A DNA stretch of 64,000 bases, taken from the IMG/VR virus record IMGVR_UViG_3300044858_003398. One strand, given 5' to 3'. The notes below the pieces were generated by a model, which saw only the letters and a list, made by a program, of their open reading frames with translations, was not told where the DNA came from and did no database searches. Position 1 is the first letter of the stretch. Every line of letters starts with the position of its first letter. Positions 1 through 8,753 of the stretch are shown one piece after another. This stretch comes from a virus. The translations under genes and the position numbers were made by a program.

Positions 1-199
1 AAATATCAACCAGCATAGCATTATTGCCCAAATAATCTGCGAAATTTCCGGTAAAAAGAAGTGGGCCATTGGCGTCTACGAAGATGGGTCATATAGGTCG
101 ATCACATCAGATTCAGAGAAAGATGAGTCATATGACACAAAACTTGAAGATCTCAGAACTTCTGGGGTGGTCAATATATTGACCTCAGATGAGGTCTAA
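1..199 (+). CDS. hypothetical protein, 5'-truncated by window edge
   Basis: Frame 2 is open from nt 2 to TAA at 197-199 (NINQHSII...LTSDEV*). Confidence 0.6.
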   Translation, partial: NINQHSIIAQIICEISGKKKWAIGVYEDGSYRSITSDSEKDESYDTKLEDLRTSGVVNILTSDEV

Positions 200-271
200 G
201 CGTATTTATCCTTAGGAAGACAGGACTTTTCTTTTACTGGACCCTTGGGATGGATATTGTGGAGATCTATT

Positions 272-901
272 ATGGCACTTTTGCCAACTGGTTATGTTGT
301 TAGCTGTAGAGGAACGGGCGTAGCTCCTCTGGAGCAAATTGGTGGTGTGGCGATGGGGATCACAGATGCCACTACTGTCACAACTGGAAGTCCTTTAACT
401 CAGACTCTGTCTATTAAGGACGCTATTACAAGCAGCACTATGTCTACAAGACGTAATCGTGTTGCTGAAGCAAGCGGAACCTACCATACGTATAGTGCCC
501 AAAAAGCATTGTCCGCTGGTACTTTCGCTTATGAGCCTAATGCTTTCCTTATTCAGGGGTATAGCACTACAGTCAATGGTATCGCGAATAACGCCCTGTT
601 ATTCACTGACGGCGACCCATACCGCAAAAGAACCGCTCTCATCCAGAAGTCTTGGGGCTACAAGTACTCTACCGCAATTCGGGCCGGGTACTTCAGCTTT
701 ACGAAGATTGCTGGTAAGAGAACTAACTGGACGACTGCACCTTCTGCTCTGAACGATACGTTCCGGTCTACAACCAACAACGCTGTCGCTTCTTCTGACG
801 AGGCTCAGTTCGTTACGTTCCGTTCTGTTCCGGGCGAGTTGACCTACATGGATGGATCTCGACACCCAATCACTGACGAATATCCAGCAATTACTGGCTA
901 A
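272..901 (+). CDS. hypothetical protein, probably virion-associated (T/S/A/G-rich)
   Basis: ORF 245..901; GGAG at 261-264 supports ATG 272; followed by a GC hairpin. Confidence 0.6.
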   Translation: MALLPTGYVVSCRGTGVAPLEQIGGVAMGITDATTVTTGSPLTQTLSIKDAITSSTMSTRRNRVAEASGTYHTYSAQKALSAGTFAYEPNAFLIQGYSTTVNGIANNALLFTDGDPYRKRTALIQKSWGYKYSTAIRAGYFSFTKIAGKRTNWTTAPSALNDTFRSTTNNAVASSDEAQFVTFRSVPGELTYMDGSRHPITDEYPAITG

Positions 902-913
902 TCAAAACTGACT

Positions 914-932
914 AGGGGGGCGAAAGCCCCCT
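914..932 (+). terminator. GC-rich hairpin GGGGGC-GAAA-GCCCCC (terminator or stabilising stem-loop; weak U-tract)
   Basis: Perfect stem with GNRA loop 13 nt after the stop; identical core on the - strand at ~51000. Confidence 0.55.
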
Positions 933-961
933 GTCTTAACTCTTCTATAAAGGCTTAAGCC

Positions 962-1216
962 ATGAATTTTCTGTCTAAACTAAAAGATGCAATGTTCGGC
1001 AAGTCAGAACCATCCGTGACTCCTGTCGGTAAGGTTGATGCTGTTGACCTAGCCAAGGTAACACGCACAGCTATCCTGATGGGATTGGCTACTGCTGTTA
1101 CGTCCCTTTTGGCCAATGTTAAGCCAGAAATGTTTGGCGAGCACTCGGGAATTGCAGCCATAGTACTAACTGTAGTAAGTGAACTGTCACTAAGATTTTT
1201 GAAGGACAACAAGTAA
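962..1216 (+). CDS. small two-TM membrane protein, holin-like
   Basis: 84 aa, two hydrophobic helices (AILMGLATAVTSLLA; IAAIVLTVVSELSL), charged C-terminus. Confidence 0.5.
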   Translation: MNFLSKLKDAMFGKSEPSVTPVGKVDAVDLAKVTRTAILMGLATAVTSLLANVKPEMFGEHSGIAAIVLTVVSELSLRFLKDNK

Positions 1217-1512
1217 TGCAAGCCATCATTGATTTTCTTATCGCTAACAAAATGCCAGTTGGTGGTGTTCTTATCGCCATTGTCGCGTTTTGGGATAAGA
1301 TCAAAGCAGCTTTTGCTGCTGTAAAAGAGAAGGTCAAAATCCCTTCCTTCGGTGGGTCAGTGATTGTGGATGACGAAGAAGCAGATCAGGATGCCCTGCG
1401 ACATCTTAGAAATAGAGCTGTTGCTATTGGGAATGTTGAGCTTCTTGCCCTAATCAAAGAGATCGATACTCGATTCTATGACATCCACACGGGGATCAAA
1501 AATGCGAAATAG
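1216..1512 (+). CDS. membrane-anchored hypothetical protein
   Basis: N-terminal hydrophobic segment VGGVLIAIVAFW; TAATG coupling to upstream gene. Confidence 0.55.
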   Translation: MQAIIDFLIANKMPVGGVLIAIVAFWDKIKAAFAAVKEKVKIPSFGGSVIVDDEEADQDALRHLRNRAVAIGNVELLALIKEIDTRFYDIHTGIKNAK

Positions 1513-1900
1513 ACTAGCTACGCTCGTCATTATTATTTTGATGAGCTGTTCGGCAATTGCTGCCGACAAGGAGTCAGTAGCAAAAGCGGTAAAAGAAGAT
1601 GGTATGTCTGTTCAGGACTGCCGAAAGTGGTACACCGTTTACAAGGGTGCGTACATTTATGTCAAAGAACTGGATGCTGCTGGTTCTAAAGACTTTGGTG
1701 ATGTTTTTGTCAGGTTCCGCTCAGTCAGAGATAAGGTTATGCCGACAAAAGGCAATGAGGCCTTTAAAAAGGCCACCGATCTGTCCAAATTCGCAGATCC
1801 AGTGACTAATACTTATGCCGACTTTACAGCAGAAAACAAAACAGATCTGGCCGAAGAATTGTTCCAAATTTGCGAAGGTCTTAAAGCCGGGATTAAATAA
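1502..1900 (+). CDS. exported hypothetical protein (signal peptide, possible lipoprotein)
   Basis: MRNRLATLVIIILMSCSAIAA signal-like N-terminus; ATG 1502 in ORF 1478..1900. Confidence 0.55.
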   Translation: MRNRLATLVIIILMSCSAIAADKESVAKAVKEDGMSVQDCRKWYTVYKGAYIYVKELDAAGSKDFGDVFVRFRSVRDKVMPTKGNEAFKKATDLSKFADPVTNTYADFTAENKTDLAEELFQICEGLKAGIK

Positions 1901-2793
1901 TGTATACATACAACATGGCCGGGTGGGTGGACCTACCCGACGCAGTAGACGCTGTAGAATCCCAAGTCGGTGTGTTTGGATCTGCAGCGTCTTTTCTTAC
2001 AGATACTGGCAAGGGAAAAATAGTCTGCCTTCATGATAACTACAAGAGAGCTGGCTCCAGCTTTTACTATGTCAATCAAGGCGACGTTGGTAGCTGTGTG
2101 TCTGCTGCTGCCTCTCTAATTACTAATACCCTTATGAGCACAGAAATAGCCTATGGGGAAAGAGAAGAGCTAAGAGGATGGATAGCGATTGAGCCACTCT
2201 ATTATGGTGCCCGAGTTGTCATAGGTAAGAATCAAATAAGGGGCGATGGAGCGGTCGTTGCACATCAGATTAAGTATATGGCCGAATATGGCACCCTACT
2301 TAAGCAGAAGTATGGGGCTATCGACCTAACAGAATATTCAGTTGAGCGATGCCGAAAATGGGGCACTGGATCTGGTTTCCCAAAAACCCTTGAAACTATC
2401 TCCAAAGATCACACTATATCTGTTTACTCACGAGTTAAGAGCTACGATGAAGTCAGAGATAGTATCGCCAACGGATATCCAGTAGAAGTTGGATCTTCTT
2501 ATGGATTCGCTAGCGAGACTGATAATGAAGGATTCTGCTCCCAAAACACAACTTGGCAGCACGCCCTATCGATCATCGCTGTAGATGACAACAGTAAAAG
2601 AAAAGGTTGCATGATCTCTAATACTTGGCCTCTTAACTGGCTAAAGATCCGCAAACGTAAGCTTAATCAACCAGACGGATGCTTCTGGGTTGATGCTGAG
2701 ATCATCAATAAGATGGTTTCGAGGGGCGATGCGTGGTCAATTGGCGGATTCAATGGATACAAGGCAAAGGTAGATACTAGCCTTAGCTGGTAG
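1900..2793 (+). CDS. papain-like (C1 family) cysteine peptidase
   Basis: NQGDVGSCVS (oxyanion Gln and catalytic Cys), WQHAL (His), SNTW (Asn-x-Trp), DGCFWV. Confidence 0.8.
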   Translation: MYTYNMAGWVDLPDAVDAVESQVGVFGSAASFLTDTGKGKIVCLHDNYKRAGSSFYYVNQGDVGSCVSAAASLITNTLMSTEIAYGEREELRGWIAIEPLYYGARVVIGKNQIRGDGAVVAHQIKYMAEYGTLLKQKYGAIDLTEYSVERCRKWGTGSGFPKTLETISKDHTISVYSRVKSYDEVRDSIANGYPVEVGSSYGFASETDNEGFCSQNTTWQHALSIIAVDDNSKRKGCMISNTWPLNWLKIRKRKLNQPDGCFWVDAEIINKMVSRGDAWSIGGFNGYKAKVDTSLSW

Positions 2794-2802
2794 GAGATAG
2801 AG

Positions 2803-3432
2803 ATGAAGAAAACACTGATTCTAGCAATCATACTATTCATGATGTTTATGCCAACTGAGAGTACGCCAGCAGTACTCGATTTTTCGGCTGAAGATCTTGA
2901 TGCTTATGGTATTGCTGGTGCGATGATGATGGTAGCACCTATCGGTGCTGATGATCTGGTTCCTATCCCTAAGCCAGAACCGCCAAAGCCAGTCACTGAA
3001 TGTAAATGTAAAAATGGCAAAGTCTCATACGATGGTGGGACCTCTCTGACAGACTGCCCATGCAAGGACTCCGATAAAGATTGCGGCTGCAAGAAGTCGG
3101 TAAAAGAGATATTACCAGACACTTTTCCTAGAATCGTGCTAATTACTCAACCATCTGTGTGCCCACCGTGTGTGACTACAGACAAAAACGTTGTTGCCAA
3201 ACTCAGGGATGATATTCATAAAAAGGCCGGTTGGGATGTGGGACCAGAAGCCTTCAATGATCTTCAGGTGTTAGATTTAGATGATGAAGCATCTTATGAT
3301 GAGATTGACAGATTGAAACTAAAATACACATCAATTCCCTCTTTCTTTTATTTGGAGAAGAGCGGAGTCACTAAAATTTACACTGGTGCTATATCTTACG
3401 ACACTTATATTAAGTGGTCTAAAAAAAACTGA
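2803..3432 (+). CDS. exported thioredoxin-fold protein (CPPC); probably extends to 3629 via a -1 shift
   Basis: Signal peptide, Pro-rich linker, Cys-rich segment, VCPPC and SIPSF (cis-Pro) motifs. Confidence 0.65.
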   Translation: MKKTLILAIILFMMFMPTESTPAVLDFSAEDLDAYGIAGAMMMVAPIGADDLVPIPKPEPPKPVTECKCKNGKVSYDGGTSLTDCPCKDSDKDCGCKKSVKEILPDTFPRIVLITQPSVCPPCVTTDKNVVAKLRDDIHKKAGWDVGPEAFNDLQVLDLDDEASYDEIDRLKLKYTSIPSFFYLEKSGVTKIYTGAISYDTYIKWSKKN

Positions 3433-3629
3433 GTACTACGTATTCTCGTATTAGTTATCGTAGATGGCAACTTAATGGATCGTCTTTTCCTAGCCGAGAT
3501 CAACTAGTACAACACCTACAATCACAACATGGAATATCTAGCTTAGACGATTTGTCATATGAAGAACTATTAGCAATTCACGACGATGATCACAATGGAG
3601 TATACAATGAAGCTAATAGATCTTTTTGA
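3429..3629 (+). other. open -1 frame extension (66 aa, His-rich) of the thioredoxin-like gene after an A8 run
   Basis: LSTTYSRISYRRWQLNGSSFPSRDQLVQHLQSQHGISSLDDLSYEELLAIHDDDHNGVYNEANRSF*; fills the gap and overlaps the next start codon. Confidence 0.65.
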
Positions 3630-3900
3630 GGAATTAATCAAGAATAAGACTGTCGAAGTATCTGATGGCGTAAATATAAAATGTAGTGATGAGATCAATC
3701 TAACGATTTCATCACATAATGACGAAGTCGTAATCAAATTTGGATCACCAGCAGTTCAGGTATTTATTACCAAGATGGGGCCGATGCGGCTCTTGAATGC
3801 AGTTCGGCCCACTATTCAGTCAATTACCATAACAGACAAATCGTTCAAAATCAGTGTAGACAATGCTCCCGATATGGAGGTGGCTCGTGAACTGGTATGA
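3607..3900 (+). CDS. hypothetical protein
   Basis: ORF 3586..3900; GGAG at 3597-3600 before ATG 3607. Confidence 0.6.
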   Translation: MKLIDLFEELIKNKTVEVSDGVNIKCSDEINLTISSHNDEVVIKFGSPAVQVFITKMGPMRLLNAVRPTIQSITITDKSFKISVDNAPDMEVARELV

Positions 3901-4183
3901 AGAATACTGCAAAGAGTTCGGCTATTCTGCAAAACCGGGCAGAAGAGGCGAGCGAGACGCCGACAGAATGAAGAGACGAGTAGAGAAGGCCGCTACCTTG
4001 TCTAAGGAGGACCTTTCTTCTTTTACCGATAGGGTTTCAGCAGAAGCCCATTTGGAGGATAAAGCCGTAGGCATGTATGGATCTTTTGGATTCATGCTAT
4101 TTCAAGCTTTGATATCTTGGGTGATTCGAAGAATTTTAGACAGCTATTTTGGGTCAAAGAATGACAATAACAGTATCGGCTAG
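3887..4183 (+). CDS. hypothetical protein with C-terminal hydrophobic helix
   Basis: ORF 3863..4183; GGAGG before GTG 3887. Confidence 0.55.
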   Translation: MNWYEEYCKEFGYSAKPGRRGERDADRMKRRVEKAATLSKEDLSSFTDRVSAEAHLEDKAVGMYGSFGFMLFQALISWVIRRILDSYFGSKNDNNSIG

Positions 4184-4670
4184 TTCTTTAGTAAAAACAT
4201 CCTTCAATTTCACAGAGACTCAGTCTGGCACTATCAGATCTGAGAATGAGTCTATTACAGCCAATCGGGCCTACACCTACGGTACTGGCAATTTTGAGAT
4301 TGATGCCGCAGTAAAGAACACTGGGGTGATCCCCTCAGGTGGGTCTGTAGTGCTCGACCTTAACGCAATGACTAATGAGTCATTTGGAATTACTTCCACC
4401 ATTGCATTTTCTGGGATTAAGACTGTAACGGTCTATAATACGTCCACAGTCCAAAATAGAGATATCAATATCAGAGCTACTGGATCGAATGCTTTCACGA
4501 ATTTGTTCAATGGTGGGTCTGGAAACCTCCTTATTAAGCCCTACTCTAGTTTTACCTACAATGACCCATATAAGCTTACGGTAAGCTCAACCCAGAAGAA
4601 CATCAGTTTGTTTGACGTGAGTGGCTCTGGGGCCACCTACGAGATCTGTGTGTTAGGAAATCTGAGCTGA
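4161..4670 (+). CDS. beta-rich hypothetical protein, probably virion-associated
   Basis: S/T/G/N-rich, with many [S/T]G dipeptides like the tail proteins. Confidence 0.55.
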   Translation: MTITVSASSLVKTSFNFTETQSGTIRSENESITANRAYTYGTGNFEIDAAVKNTGVIPSGGSVVLDLNAMTNESFGITSTIAFSGIKTVTVYNTSTVQNRDINIRATGSNAFTNLFNGGSGNLLIKPYSSFTYNDPYKLTVSSTQKNISLFDVSGSGATYEICVLGNLS

Positions 4671-4684
4671 GTCTGAAAGACTCC

Positions 4685-4713
4685 TTGACATTTTGACCTC
4701 CGAAGATTATAAT
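4685..4713 (+). promoter_or_regulatory. consensus sigma70 promoter TTGACA-N17-TATAAT heading the early/middle gene block
   Basis: TTGACA 4685-4690, 17-nt spacer, TATAAT 4708-4713, intergenic. Confidence 0.85.
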
Positions 4714-4728
4714 CCTCGGAGGTCTTTT
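4695..4728 (+). terminator. 30-bp near-perfect palindrome plus T4, overlapping the -10 box (terminator and/or operator)
   Basis: GACCTCCGAAGATTA|TAATCCTCGGAGGTC (14/15 match) followed by TTTT. Confidence 0.6.
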
Positions 4729-4761
4729 CGTTGACTCACATACGTTCGTCGGAGCACAGCC

Positions 4762-5448
4762 TTGAATCACGTTGATGGTATTGTGGCCTTCATGCAGAAG
4801 GCCGGTCAGGCAACCCCAGAGAAGTTGACGGTTCCTTCGGAACAGGACCGAATCCTTCGGGCCAAGCTCATCCTTGAAGAGGCCTTTGAGCTTATTAACG
4901 ATGGGCTCGGGATCGGCGTAGCTAACTTTGGCCATTTTTTAAAGCCAGCGGATTTCAATTATGTGATTACTGGAGAGGCTGATGCAGTAGACGCCCTTGA
5001 TGGAGCCGCCGACTTGTTTTGGACAGGTGTGGGCGGTGTAGCCATCATCTTTGGAGCTGATCTAGAACCAGTCCTAGATGAAGTTGACCGAAGTAACCAG
5101 TCTAAGTTCATAGATGGATATAGGGGTCAAGACGGAAAATGGCAAAAAGGTCCCTCGTACAGTCAGGCTAATATTGAGTGTGCTCTTCGGGATCGTGTTC
5201 GTCCTATCGGCGAAGACTATTACGCTTTCCAGCATGATTGTAACGATAATGCTTGGTGGGTAGTTCTACAGGACTACTGGCACTATAATCATTGCGTTGA
5301 TGATTGCCAATTAGGGATCGATATTCCCGGATTCATAGAGTCCATGGAGTCGTGTTTCTATCCAGTAGACGACCGTGTAAACTCAATCGAAGCTGAAAAC
5401 ATGCTGAAAGCTTTGGGCTTTACTATTTTGGATGATGAAGATGCTTAG
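4762..5448 (+). CDS. MazG-like/PRA-PH-like nucleotide pyrophosphohydrolase with an extra C-terminal domain
   Basis: LRAKLILEEAFEL, DALDGAADL, EVDRSNQSK motifs of all-alpha NTP pyrophosphatases. Confidence 0.7.
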   Translation: MNHVDGIVAFMQKAGQATPEKLTVPSEQDRILRAKLILEEAFELINDGLGIGVANFGHFLKPADFNYVITGEADAVDALDGAADLFWTGVGGVAIIFGADLEPVLDEVDRSNQSKFIDGYRGQDGKWQKGPSYSQANIECALRDRVRPIGEDYYAFQHDCNDNAWWVVLQDYWHYNHCVDDCQLGIDIPGFIESMESCFYPVDDRVNSIEAENMLKALGFTILDDEDA

Positions 5449-6103
5449 GATAATCGGGGATGTCCATGGGAAGTTCAGCAACTATCTGCAAATAGCAGAA
5501 GTGGCAGAGCATAGCCTCCAGATTGGGGACTTCGGCTTAAGTAGTAGCTGGAACAATCTAACATATTCCGGCCTACATCCGGACAATCATAAAGTGCTTG
5601 CCGGGAATCATGAGGATTATGACTTCGCTCCGAAATCCCCTTTCTACCTTGGTGATTTCGGCGAAGCCACCATCGGTGGCGTAGCCATCTTTTTCATGAG
5701 AGGTGGTATTTCCATAGATCGAACCTACCGAGAAGCTGAACGTATCAATAGGGGACCTAGGAGTTGGTGGTCCCAAGAGGAACTGAGCTTCGCTCAAATG
5801 ATCGAATGTATGAAGGCCTATCGTAGGGCGAAGCCCTCCATTGTTGTATCACATGTGCCTGCGGCAAGTTTCGCTTCGGTTATGTCCCCAGACGATAAAA
5901 TCTTAGTAGATTTTGGCTTCCATAAAGGCTTCAAAGAAGCCACCCAGCTACTCGGGGATGAACTGCTTAAAATTCATCGACCAAAGGTTTGGCTGTCCGC
6001 TCACTTTCATAAGTCCTTTCAGGACGAAATTGGCGGTACAAGGTTTGTAGGCCTTGCTGAGTTAGAGTATGTAGACATTGATTCGAACGGAGAAATAGTA
6101 TGA
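5441..6103 (+). CDS. calcineurin-like metallophosphoesterase
   Basis: GDVHG, GDFG, GNHED, SH, AHFH motifs. Confidence 0.85.
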   Translation: MLRIIGDVHGKFSNYLQIAEVAEHSLQIGDFGLSSSWNNLTYSGLHPDNHKVLAGNHEDYDFAPKSPFYLGDFGEATIGGVAIFFMRGGISIDRTYREAERINRGPRSWWSQEELSFAQMIECMKAYRRAKPSIVVSHVPAASFASVMSPDDKILVDFGFHKGFKEATQLLGDELLKIHRPKVWLSAHFHKSFQDEIGGTRFVGLAELEYVDIDSNGEIV

Positions 6104-6414
6104 AATCTGCAAAAAAGAAGTATATTGAGAGTGTGGTTCCCACACTGGCTCGTGAAGGAAAAACTCTTGACGAGGCAGTAGCTCATGCATCAGAGCTTTG
6201 GGAGAAAAGTATTGCTCTCGAATCTGAACAGGCTCTTGAGGTTTGCTATGAAAGTAGCCTAGAATTTACAGCCGAAGTAACAAGTACTGGATTTAAAACA
6301 GTAGTTCAGGAAGGAGATGTTATTGAGGAGATGACTTTTGCTCAAGCGTTCGCGGCATTCAAATGTGAGCCCGGTAAAAGATATGAGATTGAGATCTGCG
6401 TAGAGGAAGCGTAA
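6100..6414 (+). CDS. hypothetical protein
   Basis: ORF with GGAG RBS, ATGA overlap. Confidence 0.6.
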   Translation: MKSAKKKYIESVVPTLAREGKTLDEAVAHASELWEKSIALESEQALEVCYESSLEFTAEVTSTGFKTVVQEGDVIEEMTFAQAFAAFKCEPGKRYEIEICVEEA

Positions 6415-6881
6415 TGTTCAGACAACATGTTCCAAACTATGTATACACAAACTTTAAAAGAGTAGACGATGCTAATACTCTAGAAAAAGTTCTAGATATT
6501 AACTGGGTCAAAAAATGGACTGAGTCTACCGAACATATCTTCTATATGTGGACCTGTGATGGTAGATCTCTCGTAGCCTTATACGATAAGGGAGAGTATT
6601 GGTGGTTGGTAGGTTTTGCTGATTTTGATCTAGATTTGCCAAAATTTAGAGATCACAGAATCGAAAGACGGAGAGATCCAAATATAGTCGAAGATGGAAT
6701 CCATGTAAAATCTGATGGCAGAGCGTGGTATGTGCTCAAGGCAAACGACGCGAAGACTGGATATCTCGGGTATAGGGTGGATGTTGGTAGGTGGCTCGGG
6801 CACAGATACACCGTATTTTTGTCTGAAGCTGAAGCTCAGGCGGTAAAAGATAAACTCTTGGGGGCGAAGCATGCAACGTAG
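6414..6881 (+). CDS. hypothetical protein
   Basis: ORF, TAATG coupling. Confidence 0.6.
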   Translation: MFRQHVPNYVYTNFKRVDDANTLEKVLDINWVKKWTESTEHIFYMWTCDGRSLVALYDKGEYWWLVGFADFDLDLPKFRDHRIERRRDPNIVEDGIHVKSDGRAWYVLKANDAKTGYLGYRVDVGRWLGHRYTVFLSEAEAQAVKDKLLGAKHAT

Positions 6882-7452
6882 ATCTTTCCTAGGAGGGCTT
6901 ATGGCCCTTCCTATATTCGGCGTATTCAAGAAGGCTCCCCGTGATTTCTCTATGTGGACAAACTACCCTGTAAAATTGACTGAGCCAGTTAGGCTAGACC
7001 CATTCATTGAGGTGAATCTCGACAATGGTCCGGTAACTATCGGAGATATTACATTCTCTACAAGTGATTTAGAGCCAGTAAGACTCTCGACGGGCTATGG
7101 GCCTATACCTAAAGAAACAATCAATCTGACTCCGAACAGAGAGACTGTCGAAAAGCTTAGAAATCTTCTTAAATCAAATGACGGTGGTACTTTAGACCTA
7201 GTATGGGGTCCTGACATATTCTATAATTGGGTCAGGATAGATTGTATGGGAAGTAAACATAGTAATTTGATTCCTCTTTCTAGAGAGAACCATATTAGGT
7301 CCGATTTTTTTGACTCACAAAACAAAGAGTATGGTGGCCTAATGAAGTCATTCTACCATATACGGTATAAGGATACGAGCAACCTTTGGGCTAGAATTTA
7401 TGGAACTCCTAAAGAATTAATACCGGGAAAGGGCTTTAGCCATGAAGCGTAG
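6871..7452 (+). CDS. hypothetical protein with twin-arginine-like N-terminus
   Basis: MQRRSFLGGLMALPIFG. Confidence 0.6.
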   Translation: MQRRSFLGGLMALPIFGVFKKAPRDFSMWTNYPVKLTEPVRLDPFIEVNLDNGPVTIGDITFSTSDLEPVRLSTGYGPIPKETINLTPNRETVEKLRNLLKSNDGGTLDLVWGPDIFYNWVRIDCMGSKHSNLIPLSRENHIRSDFFDSQNKEYGGLMKSFYHIRYKDTSNLWARIYGTPKELIPGKGFSHEA

Positions 7453-7843
7453 ATCCTTTCTGTTCGCGACAGCATCCCTACCACTTCTGGGTAGCGTGCC
7501 CCCATATTTCCCGGCTCCTCTTCTTGTTAAGCCCAAGGTAATACTGCTCAGAACTGCAGTTGATTTTGATCTGACCCCAATCTTTATGTCCGGCGCGCTA
7601 GTCCACTATGAGGCGGCGTCAAATACAATCAGGGTTGATCTAGCGGCAGAATATGATGATGGGTCTGTCAGGAATTTCATCTGCGACAACAAAAAATGGC
7701 ATTATGAGACGATCAATCATGAGCATGAACTAATAATTGATGGGGATACAATCACATATCGTCGCCCTAGTAATATTGCTGGAGATCATCTATCTTGTGT
7801 TTGCACATTTAAAAACGTGAAGGAAGTATTCGATGGGATTTGA
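7442..7843 (+). CDS. hypothetical protein with twin-arginine-like N-terminus
   Basis: MKRRSFLFATASLPLLG. Confidence 0.6.
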   Translation: MKRRSFLFATASLPLLGSVPPYFPAPLLVKPKVILLRTAVDFDLTPIFMSGALVHYEAASNTIRVDLAAEYDDGSVRNFICDNKKWHYETINHEHELIIDGDTITYRRPSNIAGDHLSCVCTFKNVKEVFDGI

Positions 7844-8753
7844 AGTAAAAGTTTTAGCAGATAGCTTGTCGACGACTACCAACAGTCGTCTCACGACTTT
7901 GATGATGACCTATCCGAGAATCATCCATAGCGAACATCTGCGACACCGCATGTTCTCTTTCAACGCGGCTAGTTCTAGGGCTATTCCAGTTGAAAAGTTC
8001 ATTAAACAGGTTGAGGAAGATCCATTCATCCCGATCCACTGGGGTGCTGCACAAAAGGGGATGCAGGCATATGGAGAGATACAAGATATAAACGAGAAAT
8101 ATAGATTTACTGGAGTCTGCCATCTTCCCAACGATGACAGTAATCATGCCTCTACAGTACAATCATATATGTCTGATAGTAAGTATTGCGAAGAGCTATG
8201 GTTGTCCGCAAGGACATCTTCTGTGTACTATGCTAAGCAGTTGTTAGCACTTGGTCTCCATAAGCAGATTGCCAATAGAATTCTTGAACCGTGGATGTGG
8301 ACTACTGTTATCTGCACTGGCAATAGTGGTGCTTGGAATAACTTCTTTGCTCTGCGTTGCCATCCGGAAGCAGAGCCGCACATTCAAAAATTAGCCTACA
8401 TGTCTCGTGACTGCATGAAGGCTTCTTGGCCGAAACTTCTCGAAGCTGGAGACTGGCATCTTCCCCTCACTGGATTCCCCGGAGATGAAGTCCTATCAAA
8501 GGATGATCTTATTAAAGTTTCTGCTGGTAGGTGTGCCCGTGTGAGCTACCTCACTGCCGAGGGCACCAGAGACGTATCCCAAGATATTGCATTGCATGAC
8601 CGTCTAGTCTCATCAAAGCACTTCAGCCCAACAGAGCATCAGGCCATGTGTGGTGTCGAAGACACCTTCCTATCAAATGGTGGGAATTTTGGGCAAGGAT
8701 GGATACAGTACAGGAAAACACTAATGGGAGAATATCAGTGCTTATCGACGTAA
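7833..8753 (+). CDS. thyX: flavin-dependent thymidylate synthase
   Basis: ThyX motif RHRMFSFNAASSR; HKQIANRILEP; FFALRCH; HFSPTEH. Confidence 0.9.
   Translation: MGFEVKVLADSLSTTTNSRLTTLMMTYPRIIHSEHLRHRMFSFNAASSRAIPVEKFIKQVEEDPFIPIHWGAAQKGMQAYGEIQDINEKYRFTGVCHLPNDDSNHASTVQSYMSDSKYCEELWLSARTSSVYYAKQLLALGLHKQIANRILEPWMWTTVICTGNSGAWNNFFALRCHPEAEPHIQKLAYMSRDCMKASWPKLLEAGDWHLPLTGFPGDEVLSKDDLIKVSAGRCARVSYLTAEGTRDVSQDIALHDRLVSSKHFSPTEHQAMCGVEDTFLSNGGNFGQGWIQYRKTLMGEYQCLST

Noticed and set aside
3447-3456. CGTATTAGTT as another late-promoter motif (likewise CGTACTAATA at 56656-56665)
   Set aside because: Both are poorer matches and lie inside probable coding sequence.
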